NCBI GenBank assembly: GCA_016927185.1
Contig: JAFGND010000071.1
Span: 62,001 to 126,000, forward strand
Direction: 5' to 3'
Source of the DNA: Candidatus Coatesbacteria bacterium
GTDB lineage: Bacteria; JAFGND01
DNA: 64,000 bases
The notes under the pieces are model-generated. The model saw only the letters and a program-made list of their open reading frames with translations, searched no databases and was not told the origin of the DNA. Both the position numbers and the translations under genes were made by a program. Of this stretch, positions 1 to 9,250 are shown in pieces; position 1 is the stretch's first letter; each line of letters starts with the position of its first letter.

Positions 1-383
1 GGAAAATCCATTGTATTGAAAGCATCTTCCATTGACTTTAATCCATTATGTCCTCCTGAAGAGCCACTCTTTTTTATACGTATCTCCCCAAAAGGGATTT
101 GAATATCATCAACAATTGTCAAGGTTTCTTCAACCTTGAAATCTATTAAATTCAGCATTTTATCTATTATTTGCCCACTTCTATTCATAAATGTCATAGG
201 TTTTACAAGATAATGTTCAGAATTTACCCATTTTAGCTTTGCGTAATCTCCTTCAGGAATATGTAGTATATCAAGTTTTAACCTATCCATAAGCATTATC
301 AAGCATTGAAATCCAATATTATGTCTGCTATAGACATATTCACTGCCGGGATTACCAAGTCCAAAAACAACCTTTGTAAACAC
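1..383 (-). CDS. pth: Peptidyl-tRNA hydrolase (3' end runs off window)
   Basis: My translation from GTG at 383 gives VFTKVVFGLGNPGSEYVYSRHNIGF (GLGNPG and RHNxGF motifs). It lies directly downstream of rplY and is not in the ORF track. Confidence 0.95.
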   Translation of the reverse strand, partial: MFTKVVFGLGNPGSEYVYSRHNIGFQCLIMLMDRLKLDILHIPEGDYAKLKWVNSEHYLVKPMTFMNRSGQIIDKMLNLIDFKVEETLTIVDDIQIPFGEIRIKKSGSSGGHNGLKSMEDAFNTMDF

Positions 384-388
384 AAATT

Positions 389-1006
389 TTACTTTTTCTC
401 TGCCACCTGTTTGGCAGCTATTGCTGCAGTTGATTTCCTTGTTGCAAGAACAGTCGCTACTGTCCTGTTTGGTGCATCAAGAATTGTTATCTTATCGAAA
501 CTTAGATCCTTCACATGTATACTTTGTGCTATATTGAGATCTGTTACATCTACATCCAGATATTGAGGAATGTCTTCTGGCAAACAATTAATATCAAGAT
601 GTCTCATTATATGTTCCAGTATTCCTCCTTCGTTTCTCACTCCGGCAGGAGTACCGATGCATCTTATTGGAACTTTGTATTCAATTGGTTTTTTCAAGTC
701 GACATTATAAAAATCAATATGAAGTATTTTTTTAGTTACAGGATCTCTCTGAACAGTTTTCAAGATCACTGGTATTTCAGAATCATCTAATGAAAGATAA
801 AATAGCTCTGATGTACGTCTTTTCAGAAACAATTCTGTTTCATGGAGAGGTAAGAAAATACCGATACTTTCTTCACCTGCTTGTAGATGCTCTACCATAG
901 ATGAACCATAAATCACTCCTAAAACAAAGCCCTTTGCCCTCAATTTATGAGCAGCTTCCTTGCCTTTTGAAGTACGTCGCTCTGCTTTCAATACATGATG
1001 TGTCAT
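389..1006 (-). CDS. rplY: 50S ribosomal protein bL25/Ctc (long form)
   Basis: LR..G...GVIYG, VQRDPV..ILHIDF, G.PAGV..GG.L motifs; canonical rplY-pth order. Confidence 0.96.
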   Translation of the reverse strand: MTHHVLKAERRTSKGKEAAHKLRAKGFVLGVIYGSSMVEHLQAGEESIGIFLPLHETELFLKRRTSELFYLSLDDSEIPVILKTVQRDPVTKKILHIDFYNVDLKKPIEYKVPIRCIGTPAGVRNEGGILEHIMRHLDINCLPEDIPQYLDVDVTDLNIAQSIHVKDLSFDKITILDAPNRTVATVLATRKSTAAIAAKQVAEKK

Positions 1007-1052
1007 GCATACCTCCTATCAGGTTATGTAAATAAAAACCTGCTTGTCTTTG

Positions 1053-1124
1053 CTGGGGTGGGAGGATTCGAACCCCCGAATGCAAGGACCAAAACCTTGT
1101 GTCTTACCGCTTGACGACACCCCA
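1053..1124 (-). tRNA. tRNA-Gln(UUG), CCA not encoded
   Basis: Minus strand TGGGGTGTCGTCAAGCGGTAAGACACAAGGTTTTGGTCCTTGCATTCGGGGGTTCGAATCCTCCCACCCCAG: acceptor stem TGGGGTG/CACCCCA, anticodon stem CAAGG/CCTTG around TTG, T-loop TTCGAAT. It is followed by CAA, not CCA. Confidence 0.97.
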
Positions 1125-1132
1125 GTTTTGTG

Positions 1133-1423
1133 TTACATATCAGTCGTTTTCTCTGAAGGTGTTACTTCATTTGCTATCTTGTCTTGATAAGCATCAATAA
1201 CAGCCTTCTCCATCTTTTGTCTCATTTCATTGTTAATCGGATGAGCAATATCTTGATAAACACCTGTAGGTCGTTTCCTACTAGGCATTCTTAGATATAA
1301 TCCTTTCTGCCCTTCCATTAAACGCATACTCTTAATAACGAAGGCGTTATCAAAGGTTATGGCAACATAAGCTTTGATTCTCTGGTTTGCCAGTGGTGTG
1401 ATTTTAATTTCTGTGATTTCCAT
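1133..1423 (-). CDS. spoVG: SpoVG family nucleic-acid-binding regulator
   Basis: MEITEIKI, ITFDNAFVI, GL..MPSRK, YQDIAHPIN motifs; next to ispE. Confidence 0.95.
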   Translation of the reverse strand: MEITEIKITPLANQRIKAYVAITFDNAFVIKSMRLMEGQKGLYLRMPSRKRPTGVYQDIAHPINNEMRQKMEKAVIDAYQDKIANEVTPSEKTTDM

Positions 1424-1439
1424 AATTTTTGAGGTTACG

Positions 1440-2303
1440 CTAAGGCCGGTAAAACTGGGTTATTCTTACCCACCAACCTTTCTGTATGGCTTCTTTTTCT
1501 GCTCTCACCGCTTCAGTCAGAGATGAAAATAGTCCAAAAACAGCGGTTCCCGTACCGGTCAATTGCGATATCCCTGCACCTCCCTTTCGTAAAAAGCCTG
1601 TCATTTCTGCAACTACAGGGCATTCTGTAGTCAATATTTCCTCAAACCGGTTAAAACCCCAAGCCGTTTCATACGGCACTCCTTTCTTAAGGAGCAAAGT
1701 AGTGGCATTGCTTAATAATGCTTCTTTTTTTGTCAATTTATTATTGATTTTTTTATATAATTCAGGAGTAGAACTGACTATCCCGCAAGGGAATAGAAGA
1801 ACTACCCATGGGTAATTCTTCATTGAAATATCAGTTACAATTTCTCCTCTTCCTTCTATCAAAACCGTCCCTGTTTTAGTCAGGAAAAGAGGACCGTCTG
1901 AACCAACTTCCAAGAGGATTTCTTTAAGCAGCTTTTTATCAAGCTTTAGCTTGAGATGCTTGTTCAATGCAACTAAAGTAAAAGCAGCATCAGAAGTTCC
2001 CCCTCCAAAACCTGCTTTTGAAGGTATCTCTTTGTTAATAAAAACTTTAATTCCTTTCTTAAGCAAATTTCTTTCTCTCAATATGATAAGCAGTTTATGA
2101 ACTAGATTGTCATTTCCTTCAGGAATATCGCTATCAGAGCAAAATACTTCTATTTCTTTTCCGTTGATTTCTGCATGGATCAAGTCTGAAAGATTTATTA
2201 GAGAGGCAACACTGAGTATATCATGGTAATCATCATCTCTTTTTCCAAGAACATCAAGAAAAAGGTTTATTTTTGCATATGCCCTGAAAAAAATCTTATT
2301 CAT
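1440..2303 (-). CDS. ispE: 4-diphosphocytidyl-2-C-methyl-D-erythritol kinase
   Basis: AKINLFLDVLGKR.D.YHDI, GHMP loop KEIP..AGFGGGTSDAA, GSDGP, GRGE. Confidence 0.93.
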   Translation of the reverse strand: MNKIFFRAYAKINLFLDVLGKRDDDYHDILSVASLINLSDLIHAEINGKEIEVFCSDSDIPEGNDNLVHKLLIILRERNLLKKGIKVFINKEIPSKAGFGGGTSDAAFTLVALNKHLKLKLDKKLLKEILLEVGSDGPLFLTKTGTVLIEGRGEIVTDISMKNYPWVVLLFPCGIVSSTPELYKKINNKLTKKEALLSNATTLLLKKGVPYETAWGFNRFEEILTTECPVVAEMTGFLRKGGAGISQLTGTGTAVFGLFSSLTEAVRAEKEAIQKGWWVRITQFYRP

Positions 2304-3541
2304 CTTCTGTTATAAATTACATCTAAAGGTTCAAAATACTTTAATCTGGCAGATGGTATTAAGGTTACCAGAGTAGAAAGGATGAAAGCTCCAGATATTA
2401 TCAATACTATGTCAATTATCTCGAAATGCACTGGTACTGTTTGGAATGGGAAGAGCTTTCCATGAATAGGAAGAGGATAAGTACTCAAGAAATATATACT
2501 TATTAAGCCCATTATTGATCCAAGAATTATACCAATCATTCCTATAAAAATACCTAGAAGAATGAATATCAATCTTATTTCCTTAACAGGTAAACCAAAT
2601 GTAACAAGCATTGCTATACCAATTTTCTTTTCAGTAATAAAAAGCAATACCGTTGATATTATATTGAAAGCGGCAATTATAATTATTAATCCAAGAATCA
2701 TGAACGTTACTATTTTTTCATATTTAAGTGACGAAAAGAGATGCTTGTTATCTTCTATCCAGTTATGTATCTCTATTTTATCATCTTTTATCAGTGACTT
2801 GAATTCACTGGAAATAGCTGGGGCTTTATATACATCATGTAAATCAATTTCAATATCTGTGATAGTACTGATATCTTCTGAAAGCCAGTATCTTATTCCA
2901 TCCAGATTAGTGAAAGCAGATGCATTATCATAAGATGGAAGACCGCTTTTAAGAGTTGCAACAAGTATGAAATCAACCTGCTTGGGAAACAAGTTGTCGT
3001 TACCCGGGACAAGTTCTGAGATGTTTGAGATACTGATCTTTTGCCCTATTACTGCATGAAGCCTGTCAGCAAGAAAAGTCCCAAGAACCAATGGGTAATA
3101 AACTTCATTTCCTATTTCTATAGGATTCAAGTCTATCTCTCCAGTCTCAACAAAATTGCTATAACGATTCATTATCTCTTTTTCGTCATAGCCTACAACA
3201 AGAGCTCCTGAAGCAAACTTTCCTGATGATAACAAAGCTTTTGATGCGTATGACTTTCTTATTTTCTTTATATTATTGTTTTTTTCTATCCTCGAAATAA
3301 CTTTATCAGGATTTTTTATAGGTTTATGTTTTGAGTATTGAATTCTTATTGATGGAGTTGTCATCAGCAATCTATTTCTCAAATCCTTTTGGAGACCATT
3401 CAGTACCGAAATGACATTAATTAATGCAAAAACTCCGAAAACAATGCCTAATATGGCAATTATTGAAGTCAAAGATGTGAATTTTATCCTCTTTTTTGAA
3501 AATAAATACCTGAATGCAACGAAAAAAGGCAGTTTATGCAT
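2300..3541 (-). CDS. LolC/E-type (MacB/FtsX family) lipoprotein-releasing ABC permease
   Basis: FVAFRYLFSKK, ISVLNG, a periplasmic domain, EK..F.IL.LIIIIAAFNIIS, and three C-terminal TMs. No lolD is adjacent. Confidence 0.88.
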   Translation of the reverse strand: MHKLPFFVAFRYLFSKKRIKFTSLTSIIAILGIVFGVFALINVISVLNGLQKDLRNRLLMTTPSIRIQYSKHKPIKNPDKVISRIEKNNNIKKIRKSYASKALLSSGKFASGALVVGYDEKEIMNRYSNFVETGEIDLNPIEIGNEVYYPLVLGTFLADRLHAVIGQKISISNISELVPGNDNLFPKQVDFILVATLKSGLPSYDNASAFTNLDGIRYWLSEDISTITDIEIDLHDVYKAPAISSEFKSLIKDDKIEIHNWIEDNKHLFSSLKYEKIVTFMILGLIIIIAAFNIISTVLLFITEKKIGIAMLVTFGLPVKEIRLIFILLGIFIGMIGIILGSIMGLISIYFLSTYPLPIHGKLFPFQTVPVHFEIIDIVLIISGAFILSTLVTLIPSARLKYFEPLDVIYNRR

Positions 3542-6500
3542 TAAAGTGATTGTAAACGGGCATGAAGCTGTTTAGGATTACTCACTCCACTTGCAAGAAT
3601 ATTTGGCAATTCAGGATGGTGAGATTTTTGTCTTACAAGAAGCAAGATATTATAGTCATTCTGTAATAATTGCATCACATCTTCATTATCCTCTATAAGA
3701 GCGAGCAGCTTAATTTTATCAGGATCTAGAGTGAATTCCATGAGTACTGACAAGAGATTGATATCTTCCTTTTGCTTTTCTGCCATCTCTGCTTGAATCT
3801 TGTCTGCAATTTCCTGGGAAACCAGACCTCTAGAGATTGCTATCTGAGACAATCTCTCGGATAGATTCCCGCAATGGGAATACAAATCCTGATATTCTGC
3901 TATACCGATTATCTTGTTTGTTTCCTGAATAATGTCATCTGGAATTGGAATTAACTTCTTTAATTCTCTTGAAACAATATGGTAAAGGATGAATAAAATC
4001 ATGTTGGAATAGTAATGAGGTTTAGGAATGGTTTTTATGGTACTCATAAAAAAGCTTATTGTAGCCTGTTCTGGAACCAGATTAAGCAATTCAAGTGTAT
4101 CAGCAACTCTTGACTGGATTGCAGATTCTTCAAGTTTCTCTATAAGCATTTTATAAACTGATGTTTCAAACTGCTTTAGTCTCTGGGTTGGAGGTATTCT
4201 TAATAGATCTGTCCTAATATGAGGTAATTCTTTCACAAGTTTTCTCAGGAAGATGACTTTAGCTGGCACTTTTATACTTAACTCATCTTCTGTTTGTGGC
4301 AAGAGATAATTCTCTCCATAAGCAAGAATTTTTATCATTAATCCAAAAACATGTTCAATTTGAAGCCCAAGGGAAAGCAATTCGAAGAAGCATATGCCAA
4401 AAGGACCTAAATTTTGTTGAGTCCACTTCTGGAACCACTGGCTTATCAGAAGCCTTTTTCTAGGCAGGTTTTCAAAATATTCTGATTTATTCTTCTGGCT
4501 GCCAAAAAGCTTTATTCCATCCTTGCTTGCCCATGCCTCATCTATAATAGATTTATACCATGCTTCTGACTTCATCCAGTTGAATTTTTCAGGTATATCA
4601 CCTTTTGATAGAGACGAATAAAAGAGAATGACATCCTCAATATCATTGAATTTCTTTGACCATTCTCTATAATTTTCTTTTAAAGTAAAATTGTCAGCCA
4701 GATTCCTTATATAACTCTCATTACTAACCTCATGAACAACAGTATGAATGAATTCTGAAATAGCATTATTTGCATTTTCACCAATCATGATATTACCCAG
4801 GGCTTTCTTTATGCTTCCTTTAAGAGCTAACTCAAGATCATAGAAATGCTGTTCTTCAGTTGTTATATGATTGAGCTTTGTTGTGAATATCCTGAAAATA
4901 TTATCTGTTTCATAATTTTCTTCAATTATTGTGTGAAAGGCATCAACAAAAGTATTATGTAATTTGGAAAGCTGCTGTGCTTGCCATTTAGCCAATCTAT
5001 TTGTATTCATCTGTTTTATTTCGGGAGCAAATCTTGGGAACCAGGATGATGATATATCCATCATTCCATACTGTCTTTCCATTTGTTCAATTATAAGATT
5101 CAATGAATTGATTATCTTCTCATGATCTCCATCAAGCAAAACAACTGTGTGAGGCAATAGTTGATTCATAAAGATAAGTCCACGTTTCTCAAACAACACA
5201 GGTTTACTTCCAAATGCCACATTCATATCTTCCTGAGTTATAGTATCCAATGGCATTACCTTATCCAGATAATACATCAGGGTATTTTCACCTTCATCCT
5301 GGAAAAGATCATGAACAGATTGATACTTGCTAAGGATGAAAACCAATTTATTTATACCATCCCTTAGAAATCTCTCTATAATTTCAGTTATATTCTTATC
5401 TTCGCTCTTCCCCTGAGATACTACCATTCTCGTGCTTCCAATACGCTGTTGAGGCATCATCATTTCAAGTTTGGAGAATTTCAGTGCAATTGCTTTAAGC
5501 ATTTTAATGAATTCTTCTACTTGAGATTCTCTTACTCCCATCCTTGATGTTATTTGAGTTATCAATCTTGGAACACTGCTCATTCGTTTGCCAACAGTCT
5601 CTATCTGAAAGACCATCTTTCTTTCCAGTCTGCTGAAAATCAGACTTTCATCTCCATTCTTATTATAAATATCAACGGCCCATTGAAGACTTCTTTTCAG
5701 TTCATCCTGTTCTTTTCCAAAATGCTGAAATAACACTGGAACGATTTTATTAATGAATCTTGGTGTGAAACGTCTATTTTCAAGCAATTTCAAAGTATCT
5801 ATCAATAATATTAATCTTGATTCGAGATGAGGACCTACAAGAATTCTAAGTAATCTTGATAGATCTTCCTGGATGAAGGTAAACCTGTTTTCAATCGGAA
5901 CCAACGTAATTATTTTTATACTATATATAAGGCTTGTCTTTAAATCATCTGCATCTGATACTCCAAAGAAGATGCTTTGCAGTATTATATAAATCTCTAC
6001 CAGGTATCTCCTTTCAACAAGCTGATAATTATCCAGGTACTGGTTCAGGTTAGTCAGAGATTGCACTGGTTCAGCTGATGTTAAAACTGATTTTACCAGT
6101 CTTTCAATTCCCTTATGCTTAAGAAAACTTATACAGTCATTATAGACAATTTTATCGAATATCTTGATTAATATCTCAAAAGTCTTTATCTTGGGAGGAA
6201 TATTAGTTTCAGCAGTAAAATCCCTGAGGGTAGAATAAACCTGCTCAAGGTCAAACAGGATTTTTATATGCAGATGACCATTTCTGTTATTCTCAAGAAG
6301 TATCTTGTAAATCTGTGCAAGATACTTGTTTATGTCCTGAATATCCTCGAAATAATGAATCAAATGAAGGAAAATTTCTATTCCTTCTTCTTCAAGAACA
6401 TCCTCAAGTTTGAATACTTCTGTCAGTGTGTTCCAGAAAGTCAATGATTGAAATTGAATAAGAGCTGCTTCAACTTCCTTTGGCATTTTGCTTAAAACAA

Positions 6501-7683
6501 GTTCACATTGAGGGGCATCAAGGAAAGCAACATTTTCACCAATCTCATTTATAAGGTTCTGGACTATTAGTGCTTCTGTTTCTCTCTTGTTAAGATAATT
6601 AAGAATCTTGTTTAAAACAGGAATGGATTTTTGAATATTAGGTATATTAGATAAGTAATTTGTAATATAAACAAAGTAAATAGGTTCGAATAAATCTATC
6701 TTTGAAAGTAACAGTTTTATGAAACTGCTTGCTTCCCTTAAGGTATCCTCAGTAGCTCCTATCAAATCAAGATTATTGATAAGATCAAATGTAATCTTAT
6801 TGAGAATCCTTTTTTGATTAGGAGAAAGAGTATTCTGGATGAGATTAGTTATTTTTCTATAGTGTTCAGCGTAAATTGAAAGAATGGAAGCAAATTTTGG
6901 TCTTTGCTTTTTTGATTCAAGGTAGTCAAAATAGTTGAGAAGATACTTCTTGTTTATCTGTACAACAGTTACAAGAAGATGATACAATGGAGATGCTTGT
7001 TCCATAAATTTAGTATTGTAAACTCCCTGTGAATCATCATAAAATCCTATGAAATTGCCTTCAACTAATCCAATAAATGTAGAGACATCCTTGTAATTTC
7101 TTTTTGTTTCATCTTGCAAGAGTATGAAAGACCTATGGAGAAGAGTTAACTCATAGGTTATTTCCAAGTCAAAATGATCTGCCAAATGTCCAATTACAAC
7201 TGCTAAATCCAAGAATAATATTCTTTCTTTTTCTTTTTGTAACTTGGCATACTTAAGTAACTGGATCAAATAACCAGAACCTCTTCTAAAAGCTAAAATT
7301 GCTAACTCAGGTAAATAATCACTCTGGAATTTAGTAGCAGTTTCTTTTTCTAAGATTATTGGAAAATCTTTTAAAAGACTAAGTATCTGATCTTGTTCAG
7401 CAGATGATTTTACTTGTATGAAGCCAGATTTTATCAAACTTGCTATTTTCTGACTATATAATACATAAGGAAGCTTTTGAAAAGTGCTTGCTTGTTTATA
7501 TTCACCAACAAAATCCTCTGGAATATCCAGCAGCATTTCTTTTCGTTCTGCTGATAAGTAGTTCTTGAATTCCTCTTCCCAATCTTGTTTCTTTGATACA
7601 AACCAGTTGTGAAGATTGAGAACAACTTTATTGACCTGGCTCTGTGAGCCTGACTGACTTAATTTAAAAGGATTAAAGTCCAT
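3541..7683 (-). CDS. Large hypothetical, predicted all-helical cytoplasmic protein (1380 aa)
   Basis: Long uninterrupted ORF starting 3 bp after the gatD stop; its stop overlaps the permease start (TAATG). No motif recognised. Confidence 0.85.
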   Translation of the reverse strand: MDFNPFKLSQSGSQSQVNKVVLNLHNWFVSKKQDWEEEFKNYLSAERKEMLLDIPEDFVGEYKQASTFQKLPYVLYSQKIASLIKSGFIQVKSSAEQDQILSLLKDFPIILEKETATKFQSDYLPELAILAFRRGSGYLIQLLKYAKLQKEKERILFLDLAVVIGHLADHFDLEITYELTLLHRSFILLQDETKRNYKDVSTFIGLVEGNFIGFYDDSQGVYNTKFMEQASPLYHLLVTVVQINKKYLLNYFDYLESKKQRPKFASILSIYAEHYRKITNLIQNTLSPNQKRILNKITFDLINNLDLIGATEDTLREASSFIKLLLSKIDLFEPIYFVYITNYLSNIPNIQKSIPVLNKILNYLNKRETEALIVQNLINEIGENVAFLDAPQCELVLSKMPKEVEAALIQFQSLTFWNTLTEVFKLEDVLEEEGIEIFLHLIHYFEDIQDINKYLAQIYKILLENNRNGHLHIKILFDLEQVYSTLRDFTAETNIPPKIKTFEILIKIFDKIVYNDCISFLKHKGIERLVKSVLTSAEPVQSLTNLNQYLDNYQLVERRYLVEIYIILQSIFFGVSDADDLKTSLIYSIKIITLVPIENRFTFIQEDLSRLLRILVGPHLESRLILLIDTLKLLENRRFTPRFINKIVPVLFQHFGKEQDELKRSLQWAVDIYNKNGDESLIFSRLERKMVFQIETVGKRMSSVPRLITQITSRMGVRESQVEEFIKMLKAIALKFSKLEMMMPQQRIGSTRMVVSQGKSEDKNITEIIERFLRDGINKLVFILSKYQSVHDLFQDEGENTLMYYLDKVMPLDTITQEDMNVAFGSKPVLFEKRGLIFMNQLLPHTVVLLDGDHEKIINSLNLIIEQMERQYGMMDISSSWFPRFAPEIKQMNTNRLAKWQAQQLSKLHNTFVDAFHTIIEENYETDNIFRIFTTKLNHITTEEQHFYDLELALKGSIKKALGNIMIGENANNAISEFIHTVVHEVSNESYIRNLADNFTLKENYREWSKKFNDIEDVILFYSSLSKGDIPEKFNWMKSEAWYKSIIDEAWASKDGIKLFGSQKNKSEYFENLPRKRLLISQWFQKWTQQNLGPFGICFFELLSLGLQIEHVFGLMIKILAYGENYLLPQTEDELSIKVPAKVIFLRKLVKELPHIRTDLLRIPPTQRLKQFETSVYKMLIEKLEESAIQSRVADTLELLNLVPEQATISFFMSTIKTIPKPHYYSNMILFILYHIVSRELKKLIPIPDDIIQETNKIIGIAEYQDLYSHCGNLSERLSQIAISRGLVSQEIADKIQAEMAEKQKEDINLLSVLMEFTLDPDKIKLLALIEDNEDVMQLLQNDYNILLLVRQKSHHPELPNILASGVSNPKQLHARLQSL

Positions 7684-7686
7684 ATC

Positions 7687-9075
7687 TTACAAAATGTTAT
7701 GGTTTAAAAATTTCTCGACTTCTGGCAAGCCACCCTGAAGAATTATATAACCATTTAATTGTTCCCTTGGGGTAATTTCTCCTGAAATAGAGCTTAACAT
7801 GAGTTCCTTTACTTCTTCTGGATTGCTTTTATAACCTAGTGCCCATCCAAGTTTTATATATGCAACTTCTGGCAGCATATTTTCAAGTGGTACTATTCCA
7901 AGATTAAGTAAATCCCTTCCTGTCTCATAGACATACATATGGACATAGCCCCATAATGTCTGAACAGTCATATAAACCTGAATTCCGTTTTCAACAGCCT
8001 TTCTTAAAGGGTTATATAATGGTTTGTTTACGTGACCTAAGCCAGTACCAGCAATTATTATGCCTTTATAGTCGTTATCTATTAAACTATATATAATATC
8101 TGGTTGCATATTTGGATAATAGTAAATTATTGCAACTTTTTCTTCAAAGAAAGGGAGAAGATTGAGATTTGTATCTGTTCTACGTCTTTTGTAATCCTGT
8201 CTGAGATAAATAAATCTGTCATCTTCAACTTTTGCAAGTGGGATATCTCCTATGGTTCTGAAAGTACTTCTATACGAAGAATGCATTTTTCTTACTCTTG
8301 TTCCTCTGTGCAAGAGTCCATAAATATCAGATGTTGGTCCGAACATGCATACCATAACTTCAGCTATATCACAATATGCAGCAGTTTTTGCTGCATGAAT
8401 CAGGTTATAGGCAGCATCACTTGATGGCCTATCTGAAGATCTTTGGCTTCCAACAAGAACAATTGGAACTGGTGAATTCTGTATCATGAAAGATAAAGCT
8501 GCAGCCGTATGATGCATAGTGTCAGTACCATGCCCTATTATAACTCCCTGGACCCCCTTTTTTATTTCATCATCAATAGCTTTAGATAATTCTTTATATT
8601 GCTCGGGTCCCATATTTTCACTGAATACTCCAAAAAGCTTTTTTGTATCCAAATTGCAAATGTCTGCAAGTTCAGGGCAACTTCCATAAAGCTCACCTGG
8701 AGAAAAGGCTGGAATAACAGCTCCTGTTCTGTAATCAAGGCGAGAAGCGATTGTCCCGCCAGTTCCTAATAGAGTCACTTTGGGTTTTTTGGGATCATAG
8801 GGGAATTCCTTTTCAGGAATCTGATAATTTGCTTTTTTATAATCAAACTCCTTGATTTTTGTTATACTATCTGCCTTAATACCCACATTATATCCATTTC
8901 TTAATTTCATTACAATGAATTTATCATCCAGAGTTTCTGCTCTTGGAAGTATTATTCCCCTGAATATTCCTCTTGTACTTGATATTTCTACATCTGACCA
9001 TACTCTCGCATTCATCTGTTTCAAGACAGATTTAGCTATCCCTCTGTATCCCTTGAAATCTTCTTCGTTCAGCAA
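7687..9075 (-). CDS. gatD: Glu-tRNA(Gln) amidotransferase subunit D (archaeal-type GatD)
   Basis: GatD N-domain (GIILPR...MKLRNGYNVGI) plus asparaginase-like core TGGTIASRLDYRTGAV, HGTDTM, GSQRSSDRPSSDA, RGTRVRKMHSS, NMLPEVAYIKL. TTG start with GAGG RBS. Confidence 0.93.
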   Translation of the reverse strand: MLNEEDFKGYRGIAKSVLKQMNARVWSDVEISSTRGIFRGIILPRAETLDDKFIVMKLRNGYNVGIKADSITKIKEFDYKKANYQIPEKEFPYDPKKPKVTLLGTGGTIASRLDYRTGAVIPAFSPGELYGSCPELADICNLDTKKLFGVFSENMGPEQYKELSKAIDDEIKKGVQGVIIGHGTDTMHHTAAALSFMIQNSPVPIVLVGSQRSSDRPSSDAAYNLIHAAKTAAYCDIAEVMVCMFGPTSDIYGLLHRGTRVRKMHSSYRSTFRTIGDIPLAKVEDDRFIYLRQDYKRRRTDTNLNLLPFFEEKVAIIYYYPNMQPDIIYSLIDNDYKGIIIAGTGLGHVNKPLYNPLRKAVENGIQVYMTVQTLWGYVHMYVYETGRDLLNLGIVPLENMLPEVAYIKLGWALGYKSNPEEVKELMLSSISGEITPREQLNGYIILQGGLPEVEKFLNHNIL

Positions 9076-9250
9076 TAAACTACCTCATATTTTTTTATAT
9101 AAACTAAATTCTTTGCCTATAAAAGCACTGGATTTGTCAAGAGAAAACCTGAGATATTACAAATGATCAGATTCATAAAGTAATAATATTAATCGAAGTT
9201 TTTCTCAGTAAACAAATTACATTATTTGAGGCTAAAATTTGTTTTAAGTA

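Noticed and set aside
7687-9075. Plain L-asparaginase
   Set aside because: It has the GatD-specific N-terminal domain and the SRLDYRTGAV and QRSSDRPSSD motifs.
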